A stretch of 64,000 nucleotides of DNA from Marsupella aquatica (GCA_973895155.1 OZ316897.1:15065375-15129374), one strand, 5' to 3'; shown: positions 1 to 13,739, counted from the first letter of the stretch. A program made the numbers and translations. Notes: a model not told the origin generated them from the sequence alone.

Positions 1-166
1 CCGCGCTCCTTCGATCAAATAGAGAAACAGGTTGGGCTTTCTGGAATCTTGCAGCCGGTGCGTCTCGAGTGCTCTCTACCGATAGTGTATCGTGGGGATT
101 GAGATGATATGTGCTGTTGGACATCGATGCAGTGAGTGCCGTAGTTGAGTGTATGTGGAAGTAGAT

Positions 167-1804
167 ATGATGAAGTTTTGGAGTCCCCTGTCGCTGAGTG
201 CCTGTACTGCCACATTGCACCAGCTGTGGAAGGACTCGCGGGGGAGGAGGCTCTTGGTGGGAACATTTCTTTTATTGGCATGTTCGTATGCGCTGGTGAT
301 CTTTCTATCTGGCAATGGGTGCTCTCCAGACTCCATGGCCGTATACAACACTGGAGAAACAGATAGCGCCTTCTGTAGATTTGCTTCTTGGTCTAGTGCC
401 TTCTTCCCTTCGACGTTGGAAACTCTCAGCAGTGGTCCGTCCAGCCCAGCGCCGGAACGCAACGTCTCGGGAGTTTGGGAAACGTGGACCAACATTGACC
501 GCGTTGTGTTTGGAATCGGAGCTAGCGAGGAATCGTGGGTCGATCGGAGGGATTACATCAAGCTATGGTGGAAGCCAGGGGTGACGAGAGGGTTCGTATG
601 GGTTGACCAGAATCTGACGAAATGGAAGCGAGGGGATCCGCCGTTCAAGGTTTCGGAGGATACTTCACGATTCAGCTATACTCATGGTACGAATGCGAGG
701 TCCGCACTTCGGATCTCTCGCATTGCGTCGGAGTCGTTTCGACTTGGATTGCCCGATGTGGACTGGTTCGTAATGGGTGACGACGACACGCTCTTTTTCA
801 CGGACAACCTCGTGAAAGTGTTGAGCAAATATGATCCCCGGAAACCCCACTACATTGGGACGAATTCGGAGGATACAAGGCAGAGTGAGCGGCACCATTA
901 CGGTCTTGCATTTGGTGGAGGGGGTTTTGCCATCAGCTATCCTCTCGCCAAGGCCCTGTCAGATGTGCAGGACGAGTGTATGGAGCGATACTCTTGGCTG
1001 TATGGAAGCGATGAAAGGGTGAAGGCTTGCGTGAGTGAGCTCGGTGTCCCCATGACTAAAGAGGCGGGCTTTCATCAGCTGGACATCCGAGGCGATATTT
1101 CTGGATTCTTAGCTGCACATCCAGTGTCGCCTGTTGTCTCACTGCATCACCTCAACGATATGAGTCCCATTTTCTACGGACTGAACCATTTGGATGATTT
1201 GAAGAGGCTGATGAAGGCGGTAGTGGTTGATCCTCCCAGTTTGTTTCAGCAGTCTATATGCTATGCTTCGGAGAAGCAATGGAGTTTCTCGGTTGCTTGG
1301 GGGTATGTTGTGGAAGTCTACGAAGGATTTCTGAACCCGAGAGAACTAGAAATGCCAGCCAAAACTTTCGTGAGTTGGGCATGGATTACGGAGTTTGGGG
1401 GCTTCACGTTTGATACCCGGCCGCTGGCCGAAGTGTGTAATCGTCCCACTCGCTTCTTCATGCGTACTGCCGAATCAAAGATTTATGGAAAGAGTAAGTT
1501 AGGAACGAGCTCTTACAAAAGGCTGATTGAGTTTGAAGAGGCAGACTGTAGGGCAAAAGCTGCTCCATTGGACACCGTCAAATCTGTCAACATCCAGAAG
1601 GAGCCCTTACCTGACTACTGGTACCAGAACCCTCAAAGGCAGTGCTGCGAAGTCACAGAGATGAATTCAAAGTCGATCAGTATCCGGGTTGGAGCCTGTG
1701 GGCAATCGGAGAGCTTAGTAGTTGGAGCTAAGCCTGTGGAGACGGAAACGAAGACGAGGCGATTGCTCACGGAATCAAGTGAGCTTGGAGATTTGGCCGC
1801 TTAG
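167..1804 (+). CDS. DUF604 / fringe-like (GT31-related) glycosyltransferase, type II membrane protein
   Basis: Single open frame. The track starts at GTG 149 and the first ATG is at 167. N-terminal hydrophobic anchor (LLVGTFLLLACSYALVIFL) and family motifs VVFGIGAS, WWKPG..RGFVW, DWFVMGDDDT (DxD), AFGGGGFAISYPLA, LYGSDERV, EAGFHQLDIRG, LAAHPVSPVVSLHHL, SVAWGYVV. Confidence 0.93.
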   Translation: MMKFWSPLSLSACTATLHQLWKDSRGRRLLVGTFLLLACSYALVIFLSGNGCSPDSMAVYNTGETDSAFCRFASWSSAFFPSTLETLSSGPSSPAPERNVSGVWETWTNIDRVVFGIGASEESWVDRRDYIKLWWKPGVTRGFVWVDQNLTKWKRGDPPFKVSEDTSRFSYTHGTNARSALRISRIASESFRLGLPDVDWFVMGDDDTLFFTDNLVKVLSKYDPRKPHYIGTNSEDTRQSERHHYGLAFGGGGFAISYPLAKALSDVQDECMERYSWLYGSDERVKACVSELGVPMTKEAGFHQLDIRGDISGFLAAHPVSPVVSLHHLNDMSPIFYGLNHLDDLKRLMKAVVVDPPSLFQQSICYASEKQWSFSVAWGYVVEVYEGFLNPRELEMPAKTFVSWAWITEFGGFTFDTRPLAEVCNRPTRFFMRTAESKIYGKSKLGTSSYKRLIEFEEADCRAKAAPLDTVKSVNIQKEPLPDYWYQNPQRQCCEVTEMNSKSISIRVGACGQSESLVVGAKPVETETKTRRLLTESSELGDLAA

Positions 1805-2721
1805 GATTTAGGGAACAGTGCTATCATCGGCATTACTTATTTCCACAATCTCCTGTATCGTGGAACCTCGATACTGCCCATTCTGGTCTCAGTGGTCTCT
1901 TCTATAGCGACAGGGTCGATCAGCAATGGAACTGATGCTGCCCAACAGGTCATGAAACAGGGTCGATAAGAATCAGCTGCGTAAACTGAGGATACTAGCT
2001 GTTCTACTAACGAAGGAAGTCGATCAATTGTATATTACTTGCATTCAGATAAGCAGAGCAGAAGACTTCGGCATCCTTCGGGGAAGCATCTACAGCATCT
2101 ACTGTAGTTGGCCAGAATCACGTCGGCAATCAATTTGGTCTAAGAGGGTACTCCCACTTTCCAGGAGTTCAGCTTGCAAAGTTCACGGCGGGCTACTGCA
2201 AGAGAGCTCTAGACCGTTTCACTATTCAATGCAATTGCTCTCTGTGCGGTAGCTGCATCGAGAATTGCTGTGGTTTTGGATGAGGGGGACAAGTAACAGC
2301 GGTTGGATAAGTCGTCTCACCGGACGAGCTTTGCCGAAATTAGAGCAACGATGCATTGAAGCGTGTTTCGAAGAGAACAACGGTGACCACTGTTGCTTGA
2401 ATTTTCCTGTAGTTGTGTCAGTTTTATCGTGGTTAGCTTTGCTCCCTGATTTGAGAACTAGAGACCTAGACTAGTCTTTCTGGACGAGTGCCGATTTGGG
2501 AGAAGAAGTTCAGTACGATCTCACCCTCGAAGTTATGTCACGGTTGATACAGTAGTGAACATGACTTCCAGGGTCGCGGCACTGGATGAATTACTGAGGA
2601 CTCCGTTTTTTAAGCTGCTTCTCCCAATTGAAGAGCAGCAGGTACGCACGGAACTTTATCAATTCCTATGGAGGAGGGTGGTCATGCCGCCACCCTTACT
2701 TTTCACAATCATTTTGTAAAC

Positions 2722-2876
2722 ATCGAAAGGATTTGATTGGATGTCCAGAAGTCCCACTGAGCAAAGTACAGTAGAAACAGAGGCAAAGCGAAGAATGTCA
2801 TCGAAAGATTTGATTGGAAGAATGTCCAAAAGTCCAACTGAGCAAAGTACAGTAGAAAGAGAGGCAAAGCAAAGAA
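2722..2876. repeat. Two-copy ~80 bp tandem duplication
   Basis: Near-identical 'atgtcca.aagtcc.actgagcaaagtacagtagaaa.agaggcaaagc.aagaa' units at about 2741 and 2822. Confidence 0.8.
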
Positions 2877-4559
2877 GTGTTAATTGTCTTCGATCTCCCA
2901 TCATCCGGGAAGCTGTTTGATCCGATCAGCATTGGTTCTTCAGGTGCAGTTCTCTATGCAACCTTCGTGCCACTGTTTCTTTCGCCGTATGTTGGATTGG
3001 ATTCAACACCGACAGTCTCGAAGTTGCCGAGTCATAGCAAAGACAGGATGATGAGAATGTTTTGTACTGCTTCGTGATTAGAGTCTGAAAGTCGGAGTAG
3101 AGGGATTTATCCTTCCCAGCCGTTCTTTGTGACAGGAAGGTTGCACAAAACCGTATTTCTCTGTGCTTTGGTAGTACTCGTCATAAGCTAAATAAGATGA
3201 AACTGGTCGAACTTTTTCCATTTTGATTCTCTGGTGTGACTGACAGCGAACATTCTAAACAAACTATAGATCAGCTATATTCAGTGATCTAACTCTTATC
3301 TCTGAATGCTTGGGCGAGTTCTTGCATGACGAACGAGATGACATAGGTTTGAAGTACTCGTGTTAGCTTTTACTTCAATTTCTGCTGAGCTAGTTGTTCT
3401 AAAGGTCCAATTGTTTGCCCAGAAAGTTAGGGTTTGTGAGTTGAATGGATTTGATGTTCTGGGTCTTGCACATGAAGCGTAGCTCCAGCAGTGTACAAAC
3501 CTTAGCAAGGGCTTTTGAACGGCTGATTATATGGCGGGACTGTCCTTGTGACAGGGGACCTTGAGAGAGTTTGGTCCAATAGGCTGACCTTTAAAAGAGC
3601 AAATATTCAATGAGCAAATATTCAATTTAGTTCACTTATGTGAGTGTTTTATTGGTAATGGATGAGAATTAGACTCAATTGTAATGTTGTAAGTGTTAAA
3701 TACTCTCCTTCTCCCAAGAAAAAATAATAACCCCCACCCTTCTCCCAAGGAAAAAGTAAGAAGAGAAATAAATGATATCAACATATAGGGAACAAAGGAA
3801 AAAAACAAAAGAATTAAATAAACACAAAAGACAAACAAAATAAATGTTTCCTTCATTTTACTATTCTTAGATAAGTCATTCTGGTCTTTGTCTCAACATG
3901 CATTATGAATAGATTTGTTGACTCTTTAGAACAAGTGAAACAATATTGCAGTCGAGTATTGTAGTCCATTGTATTGCAGTCAATATGGATTGCAAACAAA
4001 AATATCTTGGGGGACTTTTTTGGTCCCCCATCACATAGTTCAGTCAATAATAATGGAAATGTGGCCAACCCTGTACCCCTTGTGCATTTTTTTTTCTCTC
4101 TCCCTCAACCCCTTGTGCATTCCTAGAGTTGGGTGGCAGGCGTGCTTGGCCTGGAGATTTTCAAATTTGAATGAGAAAACATGGTGGCTTTAATCCCCTA
4201 GTGTTTTGTATTTAGTTTCTATTTTTAGAGATGGCTACAATGTATTACCTTTTTGGAACCCTCCCCTCCCCACCAATGGTAAGAGTTAGGTTCCATGGGG
4301 TTGGGAGTGAGGAGTACAGATTTTGCATCAGAATGTTTAAGCAAATAAAATTGCAGACTGAGGGGTGTACAAATTGTAATAGAGAATATAATTTTCCCTC
4401 AGGTTCCCTCTTCAAGGGTTCCCCTTGTCCCTGTATAGTAATAGTACAGGGCATTCTCATTGGCTCCAAAGTGAAAACTTATATATTTAAAATACTATAT
4501 ATACCTTGGTATACAACATATTTGGGCCCCACGGGTTGTCAGAGGGACTGATGGTACTC

Positions 4560-5230
4560 CTTGCCCCTGGCCCTTGGAACCTAGCCCCAAATCTCTGGAC
4601 AAGAACATCATGTCTGCCCTAGGGGGTGTCAAAGGGGCTGATCTTACTCCCTCTCCCTGACCCATGGAACCTAGCCTCAAGTCTCTGGACCGGAACTTTG
4701 TTTTCTGTATGATCAATTATAGTATCATGTTAGAACTAGCTGGTTCCTGAATTCTTTTCACAAACTTTGGTTTAAGCTCATATCCATTGTAACGCTCATC
4801 ATTTGCCCATCCAGAGATCAAATGGGTCATTCTTACTACAGAGGTATAATGCATGTGCATGTAGAGACATTGATCTTTGAGGCCCCCCTGGCTCATGGAA
4901 CCTAGCCCCAAGTCTCTAGACCAGAATTTCATGTCCGTCCCAGGGGATGTCAAAAGGACTTATCTTACTCCCTTTCCCTTGCCCATGGAATCTAGTTCCC
5001 TTGCCCATGGAATCTAGCCCCAAGTCTCTGGACCAGACTTTTGTGTCCTTTATGATCAATTATAGCATCATGTTAGAACTAGCTGGTTCCTTAATTCTTT
5101 TCACAAGTTTTGGTTCAAGCTCATATCCAACTTAAATCTCATCCTTTGCCCATCCAAAGATCACATGAGTTATTCTTCTGACACGACAGAGATATAATGC
5201 ATGTGCACTTACAGACATGATTTTTGAGAT
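4560..5230. repeat. Diverged direct repeat of ~330 bp with nested 'cccatggaacctagccccaagtctctggac' subrepeats, probably TE-derived
   Basis: 4620-4880 aligns with 4943-5230; both contain 'tatgatcaattatag.atcatgttagaactagctggttcct.aattcttttcacaa'. Confidence 0.8.
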
Positions 5231-7118
5231 CCCTCTAACAATAGCCACAACATGATCATGTTAGTAGGGTGACTTATCAACCATTACCTTTACAAGGAAA
5301 AACATTTTACAATGCTTGGAATGCATCTCTATGAGAACAAACTGTCCATGAATCCCTCAAGATAATAGATTCAATGACTTCTGTTTCTTTACGGAATCTA
5401 TTATAGAGTGTAAGATTGGATGGATTCGCTATATAGCTGGCGCGTTCTAAGACTATGCTATTTTAACTTATTGATAATAAATTCCATTGTACATTATTTA
5501 GAGTGCTGATAAGTCTAATTGGTTCATGCAATAAAAATTATCCCATGGTATCAAAATGTATTGAAAACAATGATTCCAAAAAAGTAAAAGAAATAAAAAT
5601 GCACACCTTTAAAGCGCTTTAAAGTGAGGAGAGATATCCTACGGTTTGGGTGACAGAAGTTCTAACATGATAGTACAGATAACATATAAATCACTATACA
5701 GGGGTATAGTATTTGTTATTGAAAGAGAATGCACTAATTTTGTATTGTACTTTTAGACGCTAGTTTGAGAGTCTCTCTATTAGGTGACACTTATTAATGT
5801 ATAAACCATAAACAATGTAAAATTTTGACCAATGGATATATATGTGATAATGCATCCTTTGGTTGTGTCCACGTCGAGCATGCATCTTTCTGTTGTGTCC
5901 ATGTTGAGCCTAGTGAGGTGAACCTTGTCATTTACTAATGTAGAATATTAGGGAAAATCATTAAATAAAAATAAAACTTTAGTGTATGAGTATATGTTTC
6001 TAACATACCTAGTTAAAACTAAGGAGTTAAAAGATTAGAATATTCCAAGAAACTTTATACAGTTTAATTTTGTTTTTAAAATCTTACATGGGGCGCAGGG
6101 CTTAGAAACTTGGCAGGTGATGGGGAACCTCTATGTAGTGAGATCCTTGAGGCAAACTCAGTCCAGATTTATGAAGGATCCTTCGTCTTTCTCTCATTGA
6201 ATGCATTATGCACAAGGTGATGGTCAATCTCCATTCTCAAAAATATCCAAATTTTGCTGTGTCGTTAAACAGTGGATAAACTTTGTTCTTTCAAGGTAGT
6301 ATCTTTGCAATTCTGTGGAGCAAGGAAACTGAGGTTACAAGTTTTGGAGCACGTGTCTTGTCATGAAAGGCTCCTACTTGTATCAACTGTTGCAAATGAC
6401 AAGGTGATTATAGTCTGCAATCCTCTCACTAAGCTGTAGACGTCAATAATTCTATAATGCGGCATCTTGGGCTCCCAACACAGTTGACACAAAGTGGCGC
6501 ATTGCATTCAAGGATCTTCTTAAACACGGCTCTACCCCGGACTATAAATCATCAATCAACTCATATTGCTTTGTAACTATCAACTTACATGTTGTCTACA
6601 AACATCGATGAGAGTTGCCTTCATCTCCCTGTTTCACATCTCTGCAGGGGTTCCAAGGTGACCCCGATTTTAAGGGACTCTTGTTCCCGCAGGGCCAAAA
6701 TCACCAGTGATACCCTCAAGAAATTCTGCATGTTCATGGAACCTACTCTTTTATCTAGGGAGTGTATAATTCTAGGGCTTTTGTGCTTCCCCTGGTGGTT
6801 TCACATTGCTCACAATGTAACACAAATTAAATAGAAGTGCATGTAGCTCTGATACCCAACATATCTATTGTATGCCAAATGGCAACAAGCACAGGGAAAC
6901 AATTGATTGTAACTATATAAAATATTGACCAGTTGGAGTTCTTAGAGCTTCAGAACGCATACTCCACAATGACATTGGAGTCGTCCCCATTCTTGCCACC
7001 AAGAACAGATTTGCTTAGCATAGAGATCTCAAAGGTCCATCCTCAGAACATTGGAGCAACAAGTCATGGAATACTAACAGATCCATCTGAAATAAGGTCT
7101 AAAGTTGTCAACATTATT

Positions 7119-7260
7119 GTGTCTTTCAGAAGGAGACATGGTGTATTATATATATATGTTCACATGGTCAGGGTAGGTTGAAAATTTGGTGTCTTTCAAA
7201 CGGAGACATGGTGTATTATATATGTATATTCACATGGTCAGGGCAGGTTAAAAGTTTGGT
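7119..7260. repeat. Two-copy ~70 bp tandem duplication
   Basis: 'gtctttca.a.ggagacatggtgtattatatat.tat.ttcacatggtcaggg.aggtt.aaa.tttggt' occurs twice. Confidence 0.85.
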
Positions 7261-7431
7261 ATGGACACATAATTGGGAGAACAGGTCTGACCGCATCTCA
7301 AATTGGGAGGATTGGCATATTCCAAGACTAAAAGCCAGCCAATGCCATTAGTAACGCAAATTTATATTTTCAAGCCGAGCTTGTAACTCCAAAGAGTATA
7401 TTAGCAAGATGAAACTTTAAAACTTAATAGA

Positions 7432-8930
7432 CTAGCTTAATGCTTGTGCATTGCACAAAAAATGTCATGTTGGCAAAGGTTTGGTTGAGAAAATAGGTGT
7501 CGTGTCGCCCAAGATGTCGTTAAAGAAAAAGATATTGTGTTGCCTAAGATGTCGTGGGAAAAAAATATATCATGTTCCCCAAAGTGTCATTAAGAAAAAT
7601 GATGGTATCACCCAAGATGTCCTTAAGGAAAGAGATGTCATTTTACCCAACACTTTGTTAAGAAAAAGGTGTCATGTCGCCCAAAATGTAATATCATCCA
7701 AAGTATGGGCAAAAAAAAGATATCATGTTAACTAAGATATTGTTAAGAAAAAAGATATCATAACACCCAAAACCGAACACCCAAGATGATCTTAAGTAAC
7801 AAGACTTCATCTTGCCCAAGATATTGTTAAGTTGAAAAGATGTTTTTTAGACAAAAATTGCATTAAAGATGGCATGATGAGAAAAAACTGTTGATTGAGA
7901 TGAAAAAAATAATGAAAGTGAGAAAAGAAATTGAAATAATAAAAAAAGTGTTGAGATGAACAAAAATGTTGTTAAAAAAAAAAGATGTCAAACTAAGAAA
8001 AAAGAGATCTAGCTAAGAAAATATATATCATGGAAAGAAAAAATGACAAGATGAGAAAAAAATATGTAAAGATGAAGAAAAGATGTTAATGGTGAGATAA
8101 AAATATCGAAATGAAAAAAAGAGCACATGTCGAGATGAAGACAGATGTTAATGAGAAACAGAAATGTTAAATAAAAATAAAGGTGAATAAATATCAAAGA
8201 AAAAAACATGACCAAATAAAAAAATATATAAAATGAAAAAAAATATCAAGAAGAAAAAATATGCTGAGTATAAAAGAAAAATATCATAATAAAATAAAAA
8301 TATTAATATGAAAAAAAATTTAAAAATGAAAAAAAATTTAAATAAATAAAATTATTATGATAATATTTAATAACTTGTTCATTATATATATAAATTAAAA
8401 ATAAAAGATAATAATTATTAAAAATTCAAATATAACTAAATAATAAAATAAAAAATATTTTAAATAATAAAAATATTTAATTAATTATTCAGTTTAGTTA
8501 GATAAAAAATTATAAAAATTATAAATAAATAAAATTTATTAAAATAATAATAAATAATAAAATAATAATAAAATAATAATAAAATAATAATAAATATATA
8601 ATAAATATATAATATAAAATGAAAATTTGCTTGATATTAATTTACATAAAAAATTTATTTATATAGTTAATTTAATTATTTTTAAATAAATTTTTTAAAA
8701 ATCATGTATATATATATTATATAATATTATATTTTTAAAATTAAAAATAATAATTTAATTATAATATATATTGTATAATATTTTATACATTTTAATAATA
8801 AATAAAATAATAATTCAAGATAATGTTCATTAAATTTGTTTATAAATTTAGAATTATTTAATGTTTACTAAATTTTTTTGTAAACTCAAAACTGTTAGTT
8901 CACTAAATCATTAGAAAGCAATTATACCTC
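7432..8930 (-). mobile_element. Non-autonomous Helitron-like element: 3' terminus at 7432, ~40 bp subterminal tandem repeats, extremely AT-rich body (5' end not determined)
   Basis: The minus strand reads TTGTGCAATGCACAA (hairpin, 7444-7458), 8 nt, CTAG, then T, which is the canonical Helitron 3' end. Repeats of 'cccaagatgtc.ttaa.gaaaaagat' run 7500-7860 and an A/T-dominated tract runs about 7860-8930. The same terminus and repeats recur inverted at 46630-46840. Confidence 0.65.
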
Positions 8931-8959
8931 GCAAGTTAAAAAAGTATTACCCAGTGCAT

Positions 8960-11900
8960 TACTCTGGGCCCACCGCCTGCCCAGCTAGCTCCACAATGTC
9001 GTTGAGGCTCTCTCCTTCCGGATCAATTCGCTTCGTCTCGTCCACATATGCACGGCTGTGGTATTGGTCGAGCTCTCTCTCTCGCTGAAAATGCTTGTCG
9101 CGTCAACTTGAAATCTCATCATATGTAAACTAATTCCGTCCGGGTCTGTGGGGTTTCACTCATGTGTGAAACAGTGGGGAAGCCTTGCCCTCTTTCTAGA
9201 CCACTCCGTACTCGCTCTTCTTCTATTTCATGAACATAAAACTGGCGAACTCACTTCGTCATCAACGTTCATCACGGATAAGCCTCTTCGATGAACATCA
9301 AAACTATAGGATAGAATAAGAAACTTCCCACGGTAGTCGTCGAATGCAAACCTTATTCGTTTGGAATGTATGCGTTCATATCGTTTGTGCCACTTTTTGT
9401 TACATATCGCGATCTTCTCCTCTAACTTCCGTGTCACCATTTCTACAAGGTCTTTGAGCCGAGGTGAACGACTTGTTTGATTAATGCAACCACGTTTCCA
9501 GACCAAAGACACTGCGATAGTGTTCCTTTCCTCCGTGTAATTGACTCTTGACTCTGCCGCCCGCCCGGGAATGAAACAGAATGTTGCGACTCCAAATTCA
9601 TTGCGTCGTAGTTAGTTGACTCTCCAAGCTTTGCTTCATCTTCCCAGATCTCAACATCTCGTCCTCATATGAGTCGGTCCAGAGCAAAACTTGCCTTTCC
9701 TTTGCTTCCCTCGGGATGACGATGTTCTCCCCCGGTAGGAATTGGAAGGGAACGTGTAGAAGTTTGAGGGACGTCACCGTATGGACGGGCGTATGGAATG
9801 CAATTAGCCTGTTCGTTGAGACGACTCAGAAATCTCCCATCGCCTACTTGAAGATCGGGGTGAAACATTTGAAGTGCTGCCTAGTTTTCTGCCAGCCGGC
9901 GATTGACGGATGCCGAATCTGAGTCAAGCGACTTCGATCTCGCAGCCTGTGCGCGCAGCACCATGGCCTGAACCCGGAGCACTACGACCACCCCCTCTTT
10001 GAGGTCTCGTAGGCGGTATCGCACTTAATCACTCTTCCCTCCAGTTTCTTCCCGCTCTATTGTACAGCCTTTCTTGCAGGACTGCCTGACTCAGATTCAA
10101 CATAAGCTGAACTGAGTCCACATTGAGTGTCTCGAACAATCCAGATGTCCAAGATAGTTCCCCGAGTCTTGGAAGAAGTCATGCAGATTGAAGATCATCC
10201 GTGACCTTCTTCGCCAAATTCTTCACGAACTACTTCCATCGCTGCTTGAACTCGTGTCACTAGCCTTAATTTAGATTACGAAACGAGTAGTCTGAAGATC
10301 TTTGTCTTGACATCTGACCCCTTTAAAACTGGTCAAAACGCTGGAAAGAACACGCTGTTTAGGTCCCATTTCTGTTGCTTTGTACCATCCTTTTCCCTTG
10401 CATAATCACGTTGCTCCGATCTGAATGAGCCGTAGTCGGAATCTTTCTCTCCAGCTTCGGCAGAGCCATAGCCCTTAGTTTGAGTTTTCTTCTCATCATT
10501 AGAATTCGCTTTCGATCATAGTCACATCGTCAGTGCCGTACGCCTCGCCATGCCCGAAAAATTGAAACCCTCGTCCGACTCAGGATCTCCGCTGCAGTGA
10601 TGACCTTTGGCGACCGTGGGCACCACCATCGTTGATGCTTCCCTCGTTATCTTCGGCCTTTTAGAGATCCGTCCAGCATGAGGCACGCCATCGTCACTGT
10701 CATCACCGAAACTATTATTTGAAGGAATGGTCGCAGCTTCCGCTCCAGCCATCAGTCTAGACTTATTGTCACCATCACTGTCATCTCTGAAACTATATCT
10801 GATGAGATCGATGGCTGCAGCTTCAGTGGCATCCATCGATCGATGTCTGCTGTCTCTCTTCGTGCAATTGAACGAAAATAGAGTGAAAAGTTTCGAGGCA
10901 AATATATTAGGTGCTCTGACTCAAGTCGCCGAAGAGACAAATATCATCTATCCACGAAGAGTATGAAAAATCAAGTGATCATTGCACAATTGACAAGGCC
11001 TCGTGGAATCGATCTTGGACATTCCTTTCGGTCTAGAAACACCAGAATCTCCGTTTGCGTAAAGTGAACCATCTGGTAGATTGGTCGAACTATTGTCATA
11101 ACAATTACCTCGATTCTCTCAATACCTGGCTTGAAGGGAACCAGAATGATCCTTCGTGATAAAAATACAACGAAGTGAAGTAAACTGTCACTTGGACAAC
11201 AGCCGCAGGAAAAACCCACAGGCATTTCAGGTTCCGACGCGTAGAGATCGTCTCCTGTACAGCAATAATTTTGAACAGATTTTCAGTGTCCTGTTAGCGA
11301 ATTGGAGAACAGATGAGAGTCGATTGTGGAAAGAGAACGTAGACCAGGGACACGGGCTTCAATAAAATTTCAAAGCAAGCCTCGGATACGGATAGTAAAC
11401 TAGTGAGCGAAGGAACTTGAGTTCAACCATTCCAAAGCAACACAAATAACGAATGCTGACATAGATTAGAGCAAGCAAGAGATAGTCGGACTCCTGTCCG
11501 TGAAACTGAGATGTTCAACCTATCAAGTTAACATTTACAGATGAGGAGCACGAGGTCGGAAGTTCTGAACAAACAGTCTTCTACTATTTGTCAATCTCTG
11601 TAAAATGGACGTCAGGTTAACGGATGAAATGATTCCAAATAATCCTTTCCGAAGTTGACCCGGGCACTCTGTCAAAGGCAGCCTTGAAATGGACAGGGTG
11701 GTGCTGAAAATACCCTGGGGAATACATGGACCATTCCATTCCATGCCAGGACTTCATCCAAGGCTCCTGGTTCCTGAAACACACAGTGCACCACATCCTA
11801 AGTGTGCACCTTACAAGGATTCAATTCCAACTAGACCTCTTAACTCCAAACCTAGCGAGACCCGTCAGCGCCAAGTTAAAACACAGGATACCAGAGCACG

Positions 11901-12470
11901 ACGAGTTACAAATTGACATCTATCATTGCCTAACTTGAAGGCTAACCCGTCCTTTCGAAAGTAATAGAACAGGGCTAAAAGTCCATGGTATTGATCCCAA
12001 GCTAGTGAACGACGCTTGCCTAAATTCATTCACTACTGAATCTCTCGCATTCAGGGGAGCTAGATCTTTTGACAGAAAGAATGAACCAGAGGCCAACAAC
12101 GATATTCAAATGGACCTCTGTCTACGTACACTCTCAAGCTCAGCTCGAGAGATCGTACTACTCATTCATACCTGTATCGACTCACTCATGGTACAACAAT
12201 TTTCGTCACATGCTCTTGAACAACATCCTCTTGAACAACGACGATAAGGCAAGCAAGGCTCACAGACACATACCTGAACTTTCGCCGGAGTCATGTTTTT
12301 CGGAACGTAGAGCGCACGAAATAATCCAAAGAGGCCGAAATTGAAATCGTCACGGTATTGGATCTCAACAAGTAGCTTCCCGTCCCCAACGAATCTTGTC
12401 CTCGTCTTCCTCAGCGAACTTCAATTCACTCTGCTTCGATTCGTCACCTTCAACAAGTTCACAAGACATA
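8960..12470 (-). pseudogene. Decayed, possibly multi-exon coding sequence of unidentified family
   Basis: Protein-like stretches on the minus strand that change frame or hit stops (LLVEIQYRDDFNFGLFGLFRALYVPKNMTPAKVQ before a GT; NQEPWMKSWHGMEWSMYSPGYFQHHPVHFKAAFDR after an AG; YRLRDLKEGVVVVLRVQAMVL; KDLVEMVTRKLEEKIAICNKKWHKRYERIHSKRIRFAFDDYRGKFL). GC content is much higher than the AT-rich left flank. No family recognised. Confidence 0.4.
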
Positions 12471-13739
12471 GAAAGCAAACTGAGACCTACTGAAAGTGTG
12501 GACTATCGCTTCCGAACATTACATCATCGTCAGACATCGAATGCTAGACGTTGAATGCTACTGGCCTGTTCTTGACGCAGCAAATTAGAACAGCATCTGC
12601 AATTCAGAGGTCATATATTAACTCCAACTCTTTGCAATCTGAATTCCCAGAAATGCAGCCCGGTTCAAATCAGACCAGTGGAGCATTTTTTATGATGCAC
12701 CAAAGGCTCAGGATGTTTTAAGATACTACAATCAAGCGTGACACCAAAAAACTCGAGTAGCAACATTCAAAGACATCATATCGATGCGCGTCTCTCCACT
12801 CTAAGGAAAAAGTCCAACTGCGCGGAAAGCACCATTCAGCTCTCAAAAATCCCCGGTTGGGACAATTCAAGAACCTAGTGATTTAGCCGTTGAAAATTCT
12901 ATTAGCCCGCTCTAGCTTCGTACTCTAGCAATCCTAGAGACTTCAGGATCACCAGTGCATAAAGTTCCCCATAAAAATCTTAAACCCTGAACGAAAGATT
13001 TCAGCGCTAAAATCTTCAATAGAAAGCTCTGCAGATCCGCTCTGTTCCCTCTCGTTCTTTCTCTATTCTAAAGCTGAATTTCGTTCGTTAATGCTCTATC
13101 GGTGTGTGCGAGCCCGAGCTGGACCTTCATGCAGACGGAGGAAGGGTGCAGCAGCAGAATCCCGCTGTCTCATACAGCGGAAGAACGTCACCCCTCAACG
13201 AAAGGGTTACGTGGACCTGGACCTCGACCTGGACTTGGGAAGGTCGGTCTATTACAAATCTCAAGCTCATCTGGTAGCAATGTATAGGAAATAATCACTG
13301 CCTCAGTCTAAGAAGAAACTATCAGCTTACCAGAAGAAATTTGCCTCGAATCCCGTCCTCCTGTAAATCGACCTCTTCTGAAGTCGTCCTCTCGACCCCG
13401 TCCTGCTCACTTCCACTTCAGATTTTTCAATAGTGCCTCCTCAGTATAAAGTCCAATTCGACTCTCGCTCCCACTTTTACACCTTCTCTTCTCGCTAGTA
13501 CCTTTTCCTCAGTATGGCGCGCAATTCAACTCTCCCTCCCAACTGTCCCTCCCACTTTCGCAGCATCTTTTCTCCGGAGAGGAAGAGAAACAAGAGAACA
13601 ATAAGACAGAGGAGGAGGAGAAGGATAGCAAAGAGCAACCAACTGGCTTTGGTCGCCAGAGGATGAGCCTGGCTTTGTCAGTTCGCTAGAGAGTTAGCTA
13701 GAGAGTTCGCTCGAGGATGAGTTTGGAACTGAGAGGTCT

